DNA of 64,000 nucleotides from contig CAZGTW010000001.1 in the NCBI GenBank assembly GCA_964528815.1, forward strand, positions 753-64,752, given 5' to 3'. Below are positions 19,779 to 29,409 of this stretch, one piece after another. The first letter of the stretch is position 1. Each line of letters opens with the position of its first letter. A program made the translations under genes and the position numbers. This DNA is from an uncultured Actinomycetota bacterium (GTDB taxonomy: Bacteria > Actinomycetota > Humimicrobiia > Humimicrobiales > Humimicrobiaceae). Below the pieces are notes generated by a model. The model worked only from the letters and a program-made list of their open reading frames with translations. It made no database searches and was not told the origin of the DNA.

Positions 19779-22146
19779 CCTGGCCGCCTACTTTTTCCGA
19801 GACTATCTTTGACACTCCATTTGACTGCATTGTAACTCCATAAATGCTGTCTGCGATTTCCATTGTTTTTTTCTGGTGTGTAATAATTAATACCTGTCTT
19901 CCCTCTGAAAATTTCTTTACGAGCCAGGTAAACCTGTTAAGGTTCATCTCATCAAGTGCTGCATCAATTTCATCAAAAACGTAAAAAGGTGAATTATTTG
20001 TCGCAAAGATAGAAAACAGGAATGCTATTGATACAAGAGCCTTTTCACCGCCTGAAAGCAGCGAAAGGGATATCATCTTATTGTTTCCTATGTCCACGGA
20101 TAGCTCTATTCCAAAATCATCATCTTCACTGGCAGCACCATCATCTTTTACAAGATTCATTTCACCAGTCCCTAGAGGGAAAAGTGACTTGAAGAAAACC
20201 CTGAAATTTGAATTTATTTCTTCAAACTTTTTATTAAAAATATCCCTTACACGGTTGTTTATTTCCTTTATCAGCTCTTCAAGTTTTTTCCTGCTTTCAT
20301 CCAGATCAGCTTTCTGCAGGTTAAGGAAATCATATCTTTCTTTAACCCTTTTATATTCAGTCGTAGCGTTTGGATTGACATTACCAAAGCTTTTTAATTC
20401 ATTTTTTAATTTCCTTACAATTTTTTTTGAATTATCGATATTTTCTGCAGCCTTATAGTTTTTAAAGATATAATCCATAGAGAGATTATAATTATCAGTT
20501 ATTTCTTCTGTAATATCTTTGACCCGGTCTTTTATCTGGCCCTTCCTGAAATCTGACCTGAAAAGCTCATTATCTATATTTTGTCTTGATGACGAAAGCT
20601 CATTGATTTTTCTTATATATTCACTTGATTTTGTATTGTAATTGTTGATTTCTTCAAGCAAGTCATTGAAAATAATCATGAGTCTTTCTTTTGCTTTTTG
20701 GGCATATTGCTTCAGGAGCTCAACCAGGTACAGGAATTTTTCTGCCTGTTTGGCCCTGCCCCTGCAGAATATTTCCATTTTTTCTATATTATCGAGCCTT
20801 TTTTTTATTTCTTCTGCATACCTGTCTTGTTTTGAGGCATTAACGGATTGAACCGGAACTGTGCCCCGGTCCGCCTGCTGTTTTTTTTGCATATTATTAA
20901 TATCAAAATTATTTTTGCCGGTATTATTTTCCTGCATTTCAATCTCGAGTATCTTTTTAAGGGAAATTACCTCACTTTTAATTTTTTCAACAAGCCCTGA
21001 AAAATGCTTTGCCAGATCAGCGTCTTTTATCATTGATGTTATATCTTTTTCAAGTCTTTCCAGATTTTCGGATATTATTGTTATTGCTTCCTTTAAAGGT
21101 CCTGCCTTTGAGGCATTATTTAAATCTTTTGCACTGTCGCGTGATAATATTTCAAGGGAGTTTTTACTTATACTGGCAAATTCTGTAGAAAACATATTAG
21201 AAAAAGCATTAAAAATCACTTTTTTACTGGCTGAAAGATTAACAAGGCTGTCGATACTATTTAATACTGCGCTGAAAGCTTCTATATCAGCCCTAAGATC
21301 CTGAAAAATTGTTTGCTTTTCCTCATGTTTTGATTCAAAAGCAGCTCTTTCTCTTTCAATTTCATCTATCTGCAATGAAAATTCTGCGATTTTTTCTTTT
21401 TGTTTTTCATATCCGGAATTTTCTGATTCCCAGCTTAAGTTAAGTTCATTTAATTCATGAATGAATAGTGCTATCTCTTCTTCTTTTAAATTATTCAAAA
21501 CCTCAAAATAAACCTGGGCCTTTTTTGACTCCAATTCAAGAGGATCCAGTGTCCTTTTTACTTCAGACATCAGGTCATTTATCCGGTCTATATCGTCTTT
21601 TACCCTGTCGAGCCTCACCCTTGACTTTTCCCTGCGTATTTTATGTTTTGCGATTCCCAGTATCTCATCTATTACCATTTTTCTTTCCACAGGTTTTAAT
21701 AATGCAATATCATCTATCTGACCCTGGTTAACCACTGTATACAGACCTTTGCCAATACCGCTTTCTGAGGTTATATCAAGTATGTCTGAAAGCCTGCATG
21801 GTGAGGAATTCATGAAATATTCGCTTCCGCCTCTCTGAAAGACTCGCCTTGTGAATTTTACTTCATTAAACTCAAGGGGAAGAAACTTGTCAGTATTATC
21901 AAATAACAGTGAAACTTCAGCTATGGCATATTCCTCATTCTTGTTTCTGAAAATCACATCTTCCATTGATGAACCCCGCAGTGATTTGGCGCTTTGTTCA
22001 CCCATTACCCATGATATGGCATCGGCTATATTGCTTTTACCGCTTCCATTCGGTCCGACAATTACGCAAACGCCTGGTTCAAAAACTAGATTACTTTTTT
22101 TTGCGAAGGATTTGAAACCCCTGAGAGTGATATTTTTTAGGTACAA
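19762..22146 (-). CDS. smc: SMC-family chromosome segregation ATPase, unusually short (794 aa), no recognisable hinge
   Basis: N-terminal Walker A VGPNGSGKSN. C-terminal signature LSGGEKALVSIAF, Walker B and D-loop YVFDEIDAALDE. Long coiled-coil middle. The ftsY-smc-rnc synteny marks it as the SMC orthologue. Confidence 0.8.
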   Translation of the reverse strand: MYLKNITLRGFKSFAKKSNLVFEPGVCVIVGPNGSGKSNIADAISWVMGEQSAKSLRGSSMEDVIFRNKNEEYAIAEVSLLFDNTDKFLPLEFNEVKFTRRVFQRGGSEYFMNSSPCRLSDILDITSESGIGKGLYTVVNQGQIDDIALLKPVERKMVIDEILGIAKHKIRREKSRVRLDRVKDDIDRINDLMSEVKRTLDPLELESKKAQVYFEVLNNLKEEEIALFIHELNELNLSWESENSGYEKQKEKIAEFSLQIDEIERERAAFESKHEEKQTIFQDLRADIEAFSAVLNSIDSLVNLSASKKVIFNAFSNMFSTEFASISKNSLEILSRDSAKDLNNASKAGPLKEAITIISENLERLEKDITSMIKDADLAKHFSGLVEKIKSEVISLKKILEIEMQENNTGKNNFDINNMQKKQQADRGTVPVQSVNASKQDRYAEEIKKRLDNIEKMEIFCRGRAKQAEKFLYLVELLKQYAQKAKERLMIIFNDLLEEINNYNTKSSEYIRKINELSSSRQNIDNELFRSDFRKGQIKDRVKDITEEITDNYNLSMDYIFKNYKAAENIDNSKKIVRKLKNELKSFGNVNPNATTEYKRVKERYDFLNLQKADLDESRKKLEELIKEINNRVRDIFNKKFEEINSNFRVFFKSLFPLGTGEMNLVKDDGAASEDDDFGIELSVDIGNNKMISLSLLSGGEKALVSIAFLFSIFATNNSPFYVFDEIDAALDEMNLNRFTWLVKKFSEGRQVLIITHQKKTMEIADSIYGVTMQSNGVSKIVSEKVGGQDAEIN

Positions 22147-22172
22147 TTTTTACAAAATCCCCGTATATTATT

Positions 22173-22910
22173 TTATATATTTAAGTTATAAAGGTTTTTA
22201 AGAGCTTCTTTTGCAGCATCCTGCTCGGAATCTTTTTTACTTTTTCCCGAACCCCTGCCAATGGTCCTGTTATCAAGGACAGCAGCAGAGTAAAACATTT
22301 TATCGTGGTCGGGACCGATTGATTTCTCCACATTATATTTTACAAGCCTGGAATAATCTGCCTGTATTATTTCCTGGAGATATGTCTTATAGTCTGATAT
22401 CTTTGGGCTTTTTGCTTTCTCTTCTATTACATCCTCGAATTTATCAAGGAACCACTGGCTTATAAAATTAATGCCCTTATCAATATAGAGAGCTCCTATA
22501 AATGCTTCAAAAGCATCTGCAAGAATGGATTCCTTGTTCCTGCCTTCAGAAAATTCCTCATTTTCACTTAACAGTATCTGCCTGTCTATTTTAATTTCCC
22601 GTGATAGCTCTCCAAGTATCTTTCTTGATACAAGTATTGACCTTATTTTAGCAAGCCTTCCTTCATTGAAAAATCCGTAATTTTTATAGAGGTAACTTGT
22701 TATAATAAAAGATAAAACGCTATCGCCTAAAAACTCGAGCTGCTCATTTCCCCTGGACTGCACATTTATCTCCCTGGCAAAGGATCTGTGGGTCAGGCTC
22801 TCAATGTATACTTTCAGGTCACCTGGATCTATCCCAAGACCTATTAGCCAGTTTTTTATTTTTTGCCTGAGTAGCCCTTCTTCCATAAATAACACACTTC
22901 TAATTATCAA
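22173..22910 (-). CDS. rnc: ribonuclease III
   Basis: 245 aa; ERLEFLGDSVL signature; C-terminal dsRBD. Confidence 0.92.
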   Translation of the reverse strand: MIIRSVLFMEEGLLRQKIKNWLIGLGIDPGDLKVYIESLTHRSFAREINVQSRGNEQLEFLGDSVLSFIITSYLYKNYGFFNEGRLAKIRSILVSRKILGELSREIKIDRQILLSENEEFSEGRNKESILADAFEAFIGALYIDKGINFISQWFLDKFEDVIEEKAKSPKISDYKTYLQEIIQADYSRLVKYNVEKSIGPDHDKMFYSAAVLDNRTIGRGSGKSKKDSEQDAAKEALKNLYNLNI

Positions 22911-22976
22911 GCATAGCTTCAGTGCACAATCAGGATTGCTTTATTCTATTAAAACAGATTTTATACTTATACTGAT

Positions 22977-23213
22977 TTATTTATTCTGCTGTGACTCTAT
23001 ATAGTCAAGAGCATCCTTGACTGTCAAGAGCTTTTCAGCCTGCTCATCGCTTATTTCAATGTTGAATTTGTCTTCAAAAGACATGATAAGTTCCACAAGG
23101 TCAAGTGAATCTGCACCAAGGTCATCAACAAACTTGCTTTCAGCTTTTATGTTTTCTTCCTTGACCCCAAGAACATCTACAAGTATTTCTTTCAGTTTGT
23201 CAAAATTTTCCAA
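22977..23213 (-). CDS. acpP: acyl carrier protein
   Basis: 78 aa; [14 protein letters not shown] phosphopantetheine-attachment site. Confidence 0.93.
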   Translation of the reverse strand: MENFDKLKEILVDVLGVKEENIKAESKFVDDLGADSLDLVELIMSFEDKFNIEISDEQAEKLLTVKDALDYIESQQNK

Positions 23214-23230
23214 ATTTTCCTCCTTTAAGG

Positions 23231-24253
23231 TTACTGATTTTGAACTTCATTTTTAATCTTATTTACAATGCCGGCTTCAAGGCTTTCAGCAGCTACTCTT
23301 ATCGCATTTTTTATAGCTTTTGCCCTGGAGCTGCCATGAGATATTATTGATATCCCGTCAATGCCAAGCAAAAGGGCGCCTCCATATTCTTCATAATCAA
23401 ATCTTTTTTTCATTGATTTCAATTCTTTTTTGACCATAAGAGCCGAAATCCTGGTCAGAAAATTATTTAGAAAAATATTTTTAATTTCTGCAAAAAAGAA
23501 ATTAGCCATTCCTTCAATAGCTTTTAACAATATGTTACCTGTAAAACCATCTGTTACAACGACATCAGCAGCACCATTGAAAATATCCCTGCCTTCAACA
23601 TTGCCAATGAAATTTAAATTAGAATCCTTAAGCAATTTATAGCCCTCGACTACAGGTTCCGTTCCTTTTTTTTCTTCTGAACCGACATTTAAAAGCCCTG
23701 TCCTTGGAGCTTTTATTTTCAATATTTCCCTGCTGTAAACAGTCCCCATAATTGCAAATTGTTTAAAGTATAAAGGTTTTATTTCTGAATTGGCTCCGGA
23801 ATCAAGCAAAACGAATTTTTTTTCACCAAGAGGGATTACAGTAGCAATAGCCGGTCTTAAAATACCTTCTATTTTTTTCATATTTATCAAAGAACATGCC
23901 ATTACTGCACCTGTGTTTCCTGCTGAGATAAAAGCGCAGTCTTTAGTCTTTGAAGCAAATTCCGTACCCATAAAAACAGAAGAATTTTTCCTGTGTTTCA
24001 ATACTTCTGAAGGCGAATCGTCCATCTTTATATCATCAGTAGAATTAATTACTTTTATATTTTTTAAAAAAAGCTTTGAAGATGAACTGAGTTCAGAGTC
24101 CAATATATCATTGATCTGTTTTTCGTTTCCAAATAATACTATTTCAGCATCAATTGATTCAAGTGCAAGAAGAGTTCCCCTTATTATTTCCAGAGGTGCA
24201 AAATCACCGCCCATTGCATCAATTGCAATAACTGGCCTGGATTTATCTTCCAA
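23231..24253 (-). CDS. plsX: phosphate acyltransferase PlsX
   Basis: 340 aa; PlsX family sequence (IAIDAMGGD). Confidence 0.92.
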   Translation of the reverse strand: MEDKSRPVIAIDAMGGDFAPLEIIRGTLLALESIDAEIVLFGNEKQINDILDSELSSSSKLFLKNIKVINSTDDIKMDDSPSEVLKHRKNSSVFMGTEFASKTKDCAFISAGNTGAVMACSLINMKKIEGILRPAIATVIPLGEKKFVLLDSGANSEIKPLYFKQFAIMGTVYSREILKIKAPRTGLLNVGSEEKKGTEPVVEGYKLLKDSNLNFIGNVEGRDIFNGAADVVVTDGFTGNILLKAIEGMANFFFAEIKNIFLNNFLTRISALMVKKELKSMKKRFDYEEYGGALLLGIDGISIISHGSSRAKAIKNAIRVAAESLEAGIVNKIKNEVQNQ

Positions 24254-24267
24254 AAACCGGTCCTTTT

Positions 24268-25338
24268 CTAATTTTTTACAATAGATAGAATAGCATCCAG
24301 ATTAATAAAATCCCTGGTTATCTGCATTATTTTATCAAGTTTTTTAAATTCATGAAAACCTGAGTGCCCAAGTATTTCGTTAAGCTTTTCAACAGTTGTA
24401 AGTGTATCATACTTTACAAGAACTATGGGAACTCCAAGATGTTCGGCCCGCTGGACAACTATTGAGCTTGGAGAAAAATTGCCTGTCAGTATAAGGCACC
24501 TGGTATTTGTCTCAAGCGCAGCAAGCTGTATATCTGCCCTGTCACCGCCGGTAATTACTGCTTTATCTGTTTTTGTTTTAAAAAATTTTAAAGCCAGCTC
24601 CTGGCCCATTGCTCCAAGCATAAATGATTCCACAAGTTCATCCTGTTTGTCTGCCGCTGACAGTATCTTTCCTCCAAGATATTTTGACATTTCCCTGATG
24701 CTTACAGACGAAAGTACCCTGTCAGATGTTACATAACCAAACACGTTAATCTTTGCTTTTTCAAGATACTTCATTATATTATTTTCAATATAGTCAAAAT
24801 CCTCTTTAGGGACACGGTTAATTATTACGCCTCCAAAAGAATCCTTGAAAAATTCTTTATAATATAATAGCTGGTCAAGCAATTCTTCTGTATATTTTGC
24901 AATTACAAGCGCTTTTGCGCCAAGGGCAGTGCAGATTTCTCTTGATGAGACACCAAGATGCAACCCATCTTCTATGGATCTTCCGCTCTCAATAAGCACA
25001 ATGTCCTTATTATTTGATATCCGGTTAAAAGAGTCTTTTATCTTATTGATATAGCTGTTTTGCTGCAGATTTAATGTATCATGAAAAGTCTTTTTATTAA
25101 GCAATTCTATATAATTTATGGGGCTTATATTATCCAGGCTGTCACTTTGCCCGAAAAGAACGCTTATGTGCTGGGCATCTTCATCAACTACTTTACCCCC
25201 GGAATTAACGGGGAGCGTAATAAGTGGTTTCATATAACCCGTTCTGTAACCTCTCTCAATCATTAGTTTGCCAATGCCAACACAAAATGAACTTTTACCT
25301 GAAAATGGCTGATTGGACGTGACCAGTAAAGGCTTCAT
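24268..25338 (-). CDS. stand-alone BioD-like P-loop plus DRTGG domain protein (phosphotransacetylase N-terminal-domain-like)
   Basis: 356 aa. N-terminal SGKSSFCVGIGKLM P-loop of the dethiobiotin-synthase/CobQ fold, followed by a DRTGG-type region (ITGGDRADIQLAAL). No PTA_PTB catalytic domain. Confidence 0.6.
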   Translation of the reverse strand: MKPLLVTSNQPFSGKSSFCVGIGKLMIERGYRTGYMKPLITLPVNSGGKVVDEDAQHISVLFGQSDSLDNISPINYIELLNKKTFHDTLNLQQNSYINKIKDSFNRISNNKDIVLIESGRSIEDGLHLGVSSREICTALGAKALVIAKYTEELLDQLLYYKEFFKDSFGGVIINRVPKEDFDYIENNIMKYLEKAKINVFGYVTSDRVLSSVSIREMSKYLGGKILSAADKQDELVESFMLGAMGQELALKFFKTKTDKAVITGGDRADIQLAALETNTRCLILTGNFSPSSIVVQRAEHLGVPIVLVKYDTLTTVEKLNEILGHSGFHEFKKLDKIMQITRDFINLDAILSIVKN

Positions 25339-25474
25339 TTATGCCTCCCCTTTTACTCTTTCCAGCTTCCATCAGAATTACTGATGGAATATACGGTCTG
25401 AAAAGTAATTATAAAGAGATACCAACAGTTATTAATTATACCAGTAATAACAGGCAAATTGTTAAATTAATAAA

Positions 25475-25771
25475 TCAGGAAGTTTCTGCCGGTTCTGTTG
25501 CGGTAATTGCTTTTTCTTTTGTTTTTTGTGACGCTCTCGTTTTTTTCTTTGTTTCAGGCTGGGTCTTTTCCTTGCCTTTTTCCTTGCTCTTTTCCTTGAA
25601 TTTTATGATTTCCTTATTATCATAATAACCGCATGCAGTACAAACCCTGTGTGCAACCTTTTTTGCCCTGCATCTTGGACATTCAACAACTTCCAGGGTA
25701 TTCAATTTATAGCTGTTACGCTTCATATCCCTTTTTGATTTGGATCTTTTATTTTTTGGAACTGCTGCCAA
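25475..25771 (-). CDS. rpmF: 50S ribosomal protein L32 (Zn-ribbon form) with lysine-rich C-terminal extension
   Basis: 98 aa. AVPKNKRSKSKRDMKR start; CPRC...CTAC zinc ribbon. An extra ~40-aa K/E-rich tail (KEKSKEKGKEKTQPETKKKTR...) is absent from typical ~60-aa L32. Confidence 0.85.
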   Translation of the reverse strand: MAAVPKNKRSKSKRDMKRNSYKLNTLEVVECPRCRAKKVAHRVCTACGYYDNKEIIKFKEKSKEKGKEKTQPETKKKTRASQKTKEKAITATEPAETS

Positions 25772-25907
25772 GATAATCCTCCTGATAAATACTTATAAAA
25801 TATTAAAAACTATTCTGTTTTGCAATCGCAATAATATAACATATAAAAATAATTAATCAATCATGATTTTTTATAGAATAAAATAATTACCCGGTTTTTA
25901 AAATGTA

Positions 25908-26369
25908 TTATTTATTATTTGATATAAGTGATGCTTTAAACTGTTCCCTTCCTTTTTCGACTGCAGATAGTATTTTATAGAGCACAGCCTCAAGGCTGGC
26001 AAGTTTTTCATCTGCATAATCCTCCGCTTCAAGGCGTACCGTACGGGCCTTGGCTTCTGCTATAGATATTATTTCTTCAGCTTTTTTCACAGCACTTTTC
26101 ATAATCTTATTTTCACTTATCATGATTTCGGCTTTTTCCTCAGCATCATGTAAAATACGCATGGACTGGCGTTTTGCTTCCTCCAGCATATTCTCGCGCT
26201 CTTTAACTATCCACCTTGCCTGCTTAAATTCCTCAGGCATTATATTTTTAAGCTCATCAAGTATCTCATATACCTCATTTTCATTTATTATAAAATTTGA
26301 AGAAAAAGGGATCTTCCTGCTTTTTCCGATTATTTCTTCAAGTTTTTCTATTAACTCCATTGCATCCAT
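25908..26369 (-). CDS. hypothetical coiled-coil protein (ATP-synthase-b / V-ATPase subunit-H-like)
   Basis: 153 aa; no Cys; highly charged heptad-like sequence. It sits where YceD/DUF177 lies in related gene orders, but is not YceD-like. Confidence 0.5.
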   Translation of the reverse strand: MDAMELIEKLEEIIGKSRKIPFSSNFIINENEVYEILDELKNIMPEEFKQARWIVKERENMLEEAKRQSMRILHDAEEKAEIMISENKIMKSAVKKAEEIISIAEAKARTVRLEAEDYADEKLASLEAVLYKILSAVEKGREQFKASLISNNK

Positions 26370-26372
26370 AAC

Positions 26373-26879
26373 TCACCCCTGTTTTATTTTTTTGAAACTT
26401 TCAATTATATCAGGCTCGATCTCCTCAGGTACAAGCCCCTTTATGCATCCGTTAAAACTGGCCACTTCCTTAACCGCACTTGAACTTAAATAAGCAAATG
26501 CAGGATTGGTGACCAGAAACATTGTCTCTATATCAGGGTTCAGTTTTTTATTTATCTGTGCCATCTGGAACTCATATTCGAAATCCGATATAGCCCGTAA
26601 GCCTTTGACAATAACATTTACCTGCTCTTTTGTCGCAATATCTATCAATAACCCGTCAAAAGAAATGACCCTTATATTTGCTATATCTTTAAAAACCCTT
26701 TTTACAAACTCGAGCCTTTTTTTTAGTGAATATATCGGCTTTTTCCTGTAGCTTTTAGAGACTGCTACAATAACACTGTCAAAAACCCTTGCGCACCTGA
26801 GTATTACATCTCTGTGTCCTTCAGTAATAGGATCAAATGTTCCGGGACACAATGCTATTTTATCCATTATTACCGCCAA
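26373..26879 (-). CDS. coaD: phosphopantetheine adenylyltransferase
   Basis: 168 aa; ALCPGTFDPITEGHRDVI (T/HxGH). Confidence 0.93.
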   Translation of the reverse strand: MAVIMDKIALCPGTFDPITEGHRDVILRCARVFDSVIVAVSKSYRKKPIYSLKKRLEFVKRVFKDIANIRVISFDGLLIDIATKEQVNVIVKGLRAISDFEYEFQMAQINKKLNPDIETMFLVTNPAFAYLSSSAVKEVASFNGCIKGLVPEEIEPDIIESFKKIKQG

Positions 26880-27027
26880 AATAAAATAATTTGTATTTAA
26901 ATAAAAAAACTGACTTCATATTATAATCAATTACTTTTTTATGACAAACATCATTAAGTTTTTATTTTAGTGAAATATTATTTAACTGCAAACCAGTATT
27001 GGCTCCGGATTAATATTGTATTAGAAA

Positions 27028-27579
27028 TCAGATAGAAATATAAGAGACAATTTTATCTCCAAAAAATGAATCCCTGTTTTTTTTAAGCCCTTCTATTTCA
27101 CTGCTTATATCTCTTTTAAAAAAGTATTCGTAAATTATTTCTGTGGACTGTCCCGCTATTCCTGATTGTTTAATGGAGGCAAAAAGTTCTTTCATGACCT
27201 TAAAATCAATGCTGTAGGGAGGATCGATAAAAATTATATCTGCATGCAGACCTTTGCTGTTTTTAATAAACCTTATGGCATCACTTTTAATTATTCTATA
27301 TTCTCCTTCCAGGTCTTTAAGCAGGCTTATATTGCTGTTTATTAATTTTAATGATTTTATACTGTCATCAATAAAATAAACCATTTTAGCTCCCCTGCTC
27401 AGCGCCTCTATTCCAAGGGAACCTGAGCCTGAAAAAAGATCGAAGATTATGCTGCCGTTTATTTTATAAGACAGCACATTAAAAATGCTTTCTTTTACTC
27501 TGTCCTGTGTGGGTCTTATATCGTAATCCTGAGGTATTTTTAACCTGAATCCCTTATATTTTCCTGCAATTATCCTGAT
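27028..27579 (-). CDS. rsmD: 16S rRNA (guanine966-N2)-methyltransferase RsmD, probable non-ATG start
   Basis: The tool ORF starts at a GTG (27477), but the in-frame upstream extension encodes a canonical RsmD N-terminus (P)IRIIAGKYKGFRLKIPQDYDIRPTQDRVKESIFNVL immediately after TGA/TAA stops. The only possible starts are ATC/ATA/ATT (27579, 27573, 27570). Later motifs LFSGSGSLGIEALSRGA and FIDPPY are present. Confidence 0.8.
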   Translation of the reverse strand: MRIIAGKYKGFRLKIPQDYDIRPTQDRVKESIFNVLSYKINGSIIFDLFSGSGSLGIEALSRGAKMVYFIDDSIKSLKLINSNISLLKDLEGEYRIIKSDAIRFIKNSKGLHADIIFIDPPYSIDFKVMKELFASIKQSGIAGQSTEIIYEYFFKRDISSEIEGLKKNRDSFFGDKIVSYISI

Positions 27580-27651
27580 GGGTTATCACCGCAATCCTGT
27601 TAATATGATAATGAAAAAAATGAGGCAATCAAATCTAAAAACATGAAATTT

Positions 27652-29340
27652 TTATTCGACAGCAAATATATAAGGATAAAGGGGCTGTCCTCCATTATGA
27701 AACTCTATTTCCATTCCGGGATATAATTCCAATATCCTGGATTGTATCTCCTTATTATTTTCCTGGGTAACACCTTCGCCGAAATAAAATGTTATTACTT
27801 CTTCTCCACCCTTTATAAGATCCCTGACCAGGTCAATAACTGCATCATTTAAACTTTCAGCAATAACCATCACCTTGCCGTCTCCAAGTCCGATATAAGC
27901 ACCTTTTTTTATCTCCCCCACATAGAGGTTTGCATCTCTTACTGCTATTGTAACCTCGCCTGTTTTAATAAGGTTCATTGCTTTATTCATATTCTGTACA
28001 TTTTCATCCAGACCAAGGTCAGAATTAAAAGAAAGAGCAGCAGATATGCCCTGGGGCATGCTTTTTGTGGGGATAACTGAAACATTTTTTTTGGCAATTT
28101 TTTTTGCCTGATTGGCAGTAAGTATAATATTTTTATTATTGGGCAGAATAATTATATTTTCACTTTCAATTTTATTTATGGCTTTTACAATATCATATGT
28201 AGACGGATTCATGCTTTGCCCGCCTTTTACAACATAATCAATGCCGATGCTTTTAAATATTTCCTCAAAACCGGGGCCGTTTGCAATTGCAATCATTCCA
28301 TAGTCTTTTACCGGCACGCTTATCTCCTCAGCAATTTCAATTGATATAGCTTGCTTGCTCTGGTCGACCATATTATTTATTTGTATTTCATGCAGAGTGC
28401 CCTCCCTCAATGCCCTGTGTAACACCCTTTGCGGATAATTTGTGTGGACATGTATTTTAACCAGCCTGTTATTGCCGACAATAAGGGCGCTGTCACCAAG
28501 GCTCTCAATATCCTCCCTTAATCTCGGAATTTTTATGTCATCGCCTTTTATAAGCAATTCCGTACAATAAATATTTTTTATTTCAGAAATGAGGTCAAGT
28601 TTTTTAAGGCTTGCAGACTCAAGAGTCTCATCTTCCCTGTATTCGTCTCTTATTGCAGATTGTCCGTTTAAAGAACCGGGTGAACTTATATTTTCCTTTG
28701 GCCCGGCATCATTCTGTGCGAGGAACGTAACAGCCTTCTTCAATCCGATAAGTATGTCAAGTAATCCCTGTGCTCCTGCATCCACCACCCCGGCCTGCTT
28801 AAGGACCGGTAAAAGAAAAGTTGTCCTCAGCACCGATTTTTCAGTTTCATCGATTATGATTTCAAGAAGGTTCTCTGTATTGACATGCCTGCCGTTCATC
28901 CCATCGACAGTCTTGTAAATATCTTTTATAGTTGTAAGCATTGTTCCTTCAGTGGGGTTCTGCACAGAACTGTATGCGAGTTCCATTGAAGATTTGAGTG
29001 CAGATTTTAATGTATTAAGTCCAAAATCTTCTTTTTCCATTATAATGTCAAAAAACCCTTTAAGTATTTGAGAAAGAATCACACCTGAATTGCCCCTTGC
29101 GCCCATAAGGGCACCGTATGAGATTTTATCGGAAATGCTTTTTATCGATACATTTTCGAGATTTGATACTTCCTGCTGTATGGATTTAAGGGTAAGCAGC
29201 ATATTTGTTCCCGTATCTCCGTCAGGTACCGGAAAAACATTCAGGTTATTTATTTTGGCCTCGTTTAATTTAAAATTCTCAATAATTACATCAAGGACCT
29301 TTTTAATATCATCATGCTTTATCCTGTTATTGACCATCAA
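27652..29340 (-). CDS. yloV: DAK2 domain fusion protein YloV (DhaL-like N-terminus plus DegV-like C-terminus)
   Basis: 562 aa; DGDTGTNM DhaL motif. Confidence 0.85.
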   Translation of the reverse strand: MMVNNRIKHDDIKKVLDVIIENFKLNEAKINNLNVFPVPDGDTGTNMLLTLKSIQQEVSNLENVSIKSISDKISYGALMGARGNSGVILSQILKGFFDIIMEKEDFGLNTLKSALKSSMELAYSSVQNPTEGTMLTTIKDIYKTVDGMNGRHVNTENLLEIIIDETEKSVLRTTFLLPVLKQAGVVDAGAQGLLDILIGLKKAVTFLAQNDAGPKENISSPGSLNGQSAIRDEYREDETLESASLKKLDLISEIKNIYCTELLIKGDDIKIPRLREDIESLGDSALIVGNNRLVKIHVHTNYPQRVLHRALREGTLHEIQINNMVDQSKQAISIEIAEEISVPVKDYGMIAIANGPGFEEIFKSIGIDYVVKGGQSMNPSTYDIVKAINKIESENIIILPNNKNIILTANQAKKIAKKNVSVIPTKSMPQGISAALSFNSDLGLDENVQNMNKAMNLIKTGEVTIAVRDANLYVGEIKKGAYIGLGDGKVMVIAESLNDAVIDLVRDLIKGGEEVITFYFGEGVTQENNKEIQSRILELYPGMEIEFHNGGQPLYPYIFAVE

Positions 29341-29409
29341 TTAACTCCATTTAATAAAAATAGTTAATTAAATTTTAACTGCCTGAATATCTTAAATCAA
29401 ATAATTAAA

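Noticed and set aside
25556-25600. Short tandem repeat tcttttccttgc... within rpmF
   Set aside because: It is the coding sequence of the K/E-rich tail (KEKSKEKGKEK), not a non-coding repeat array.
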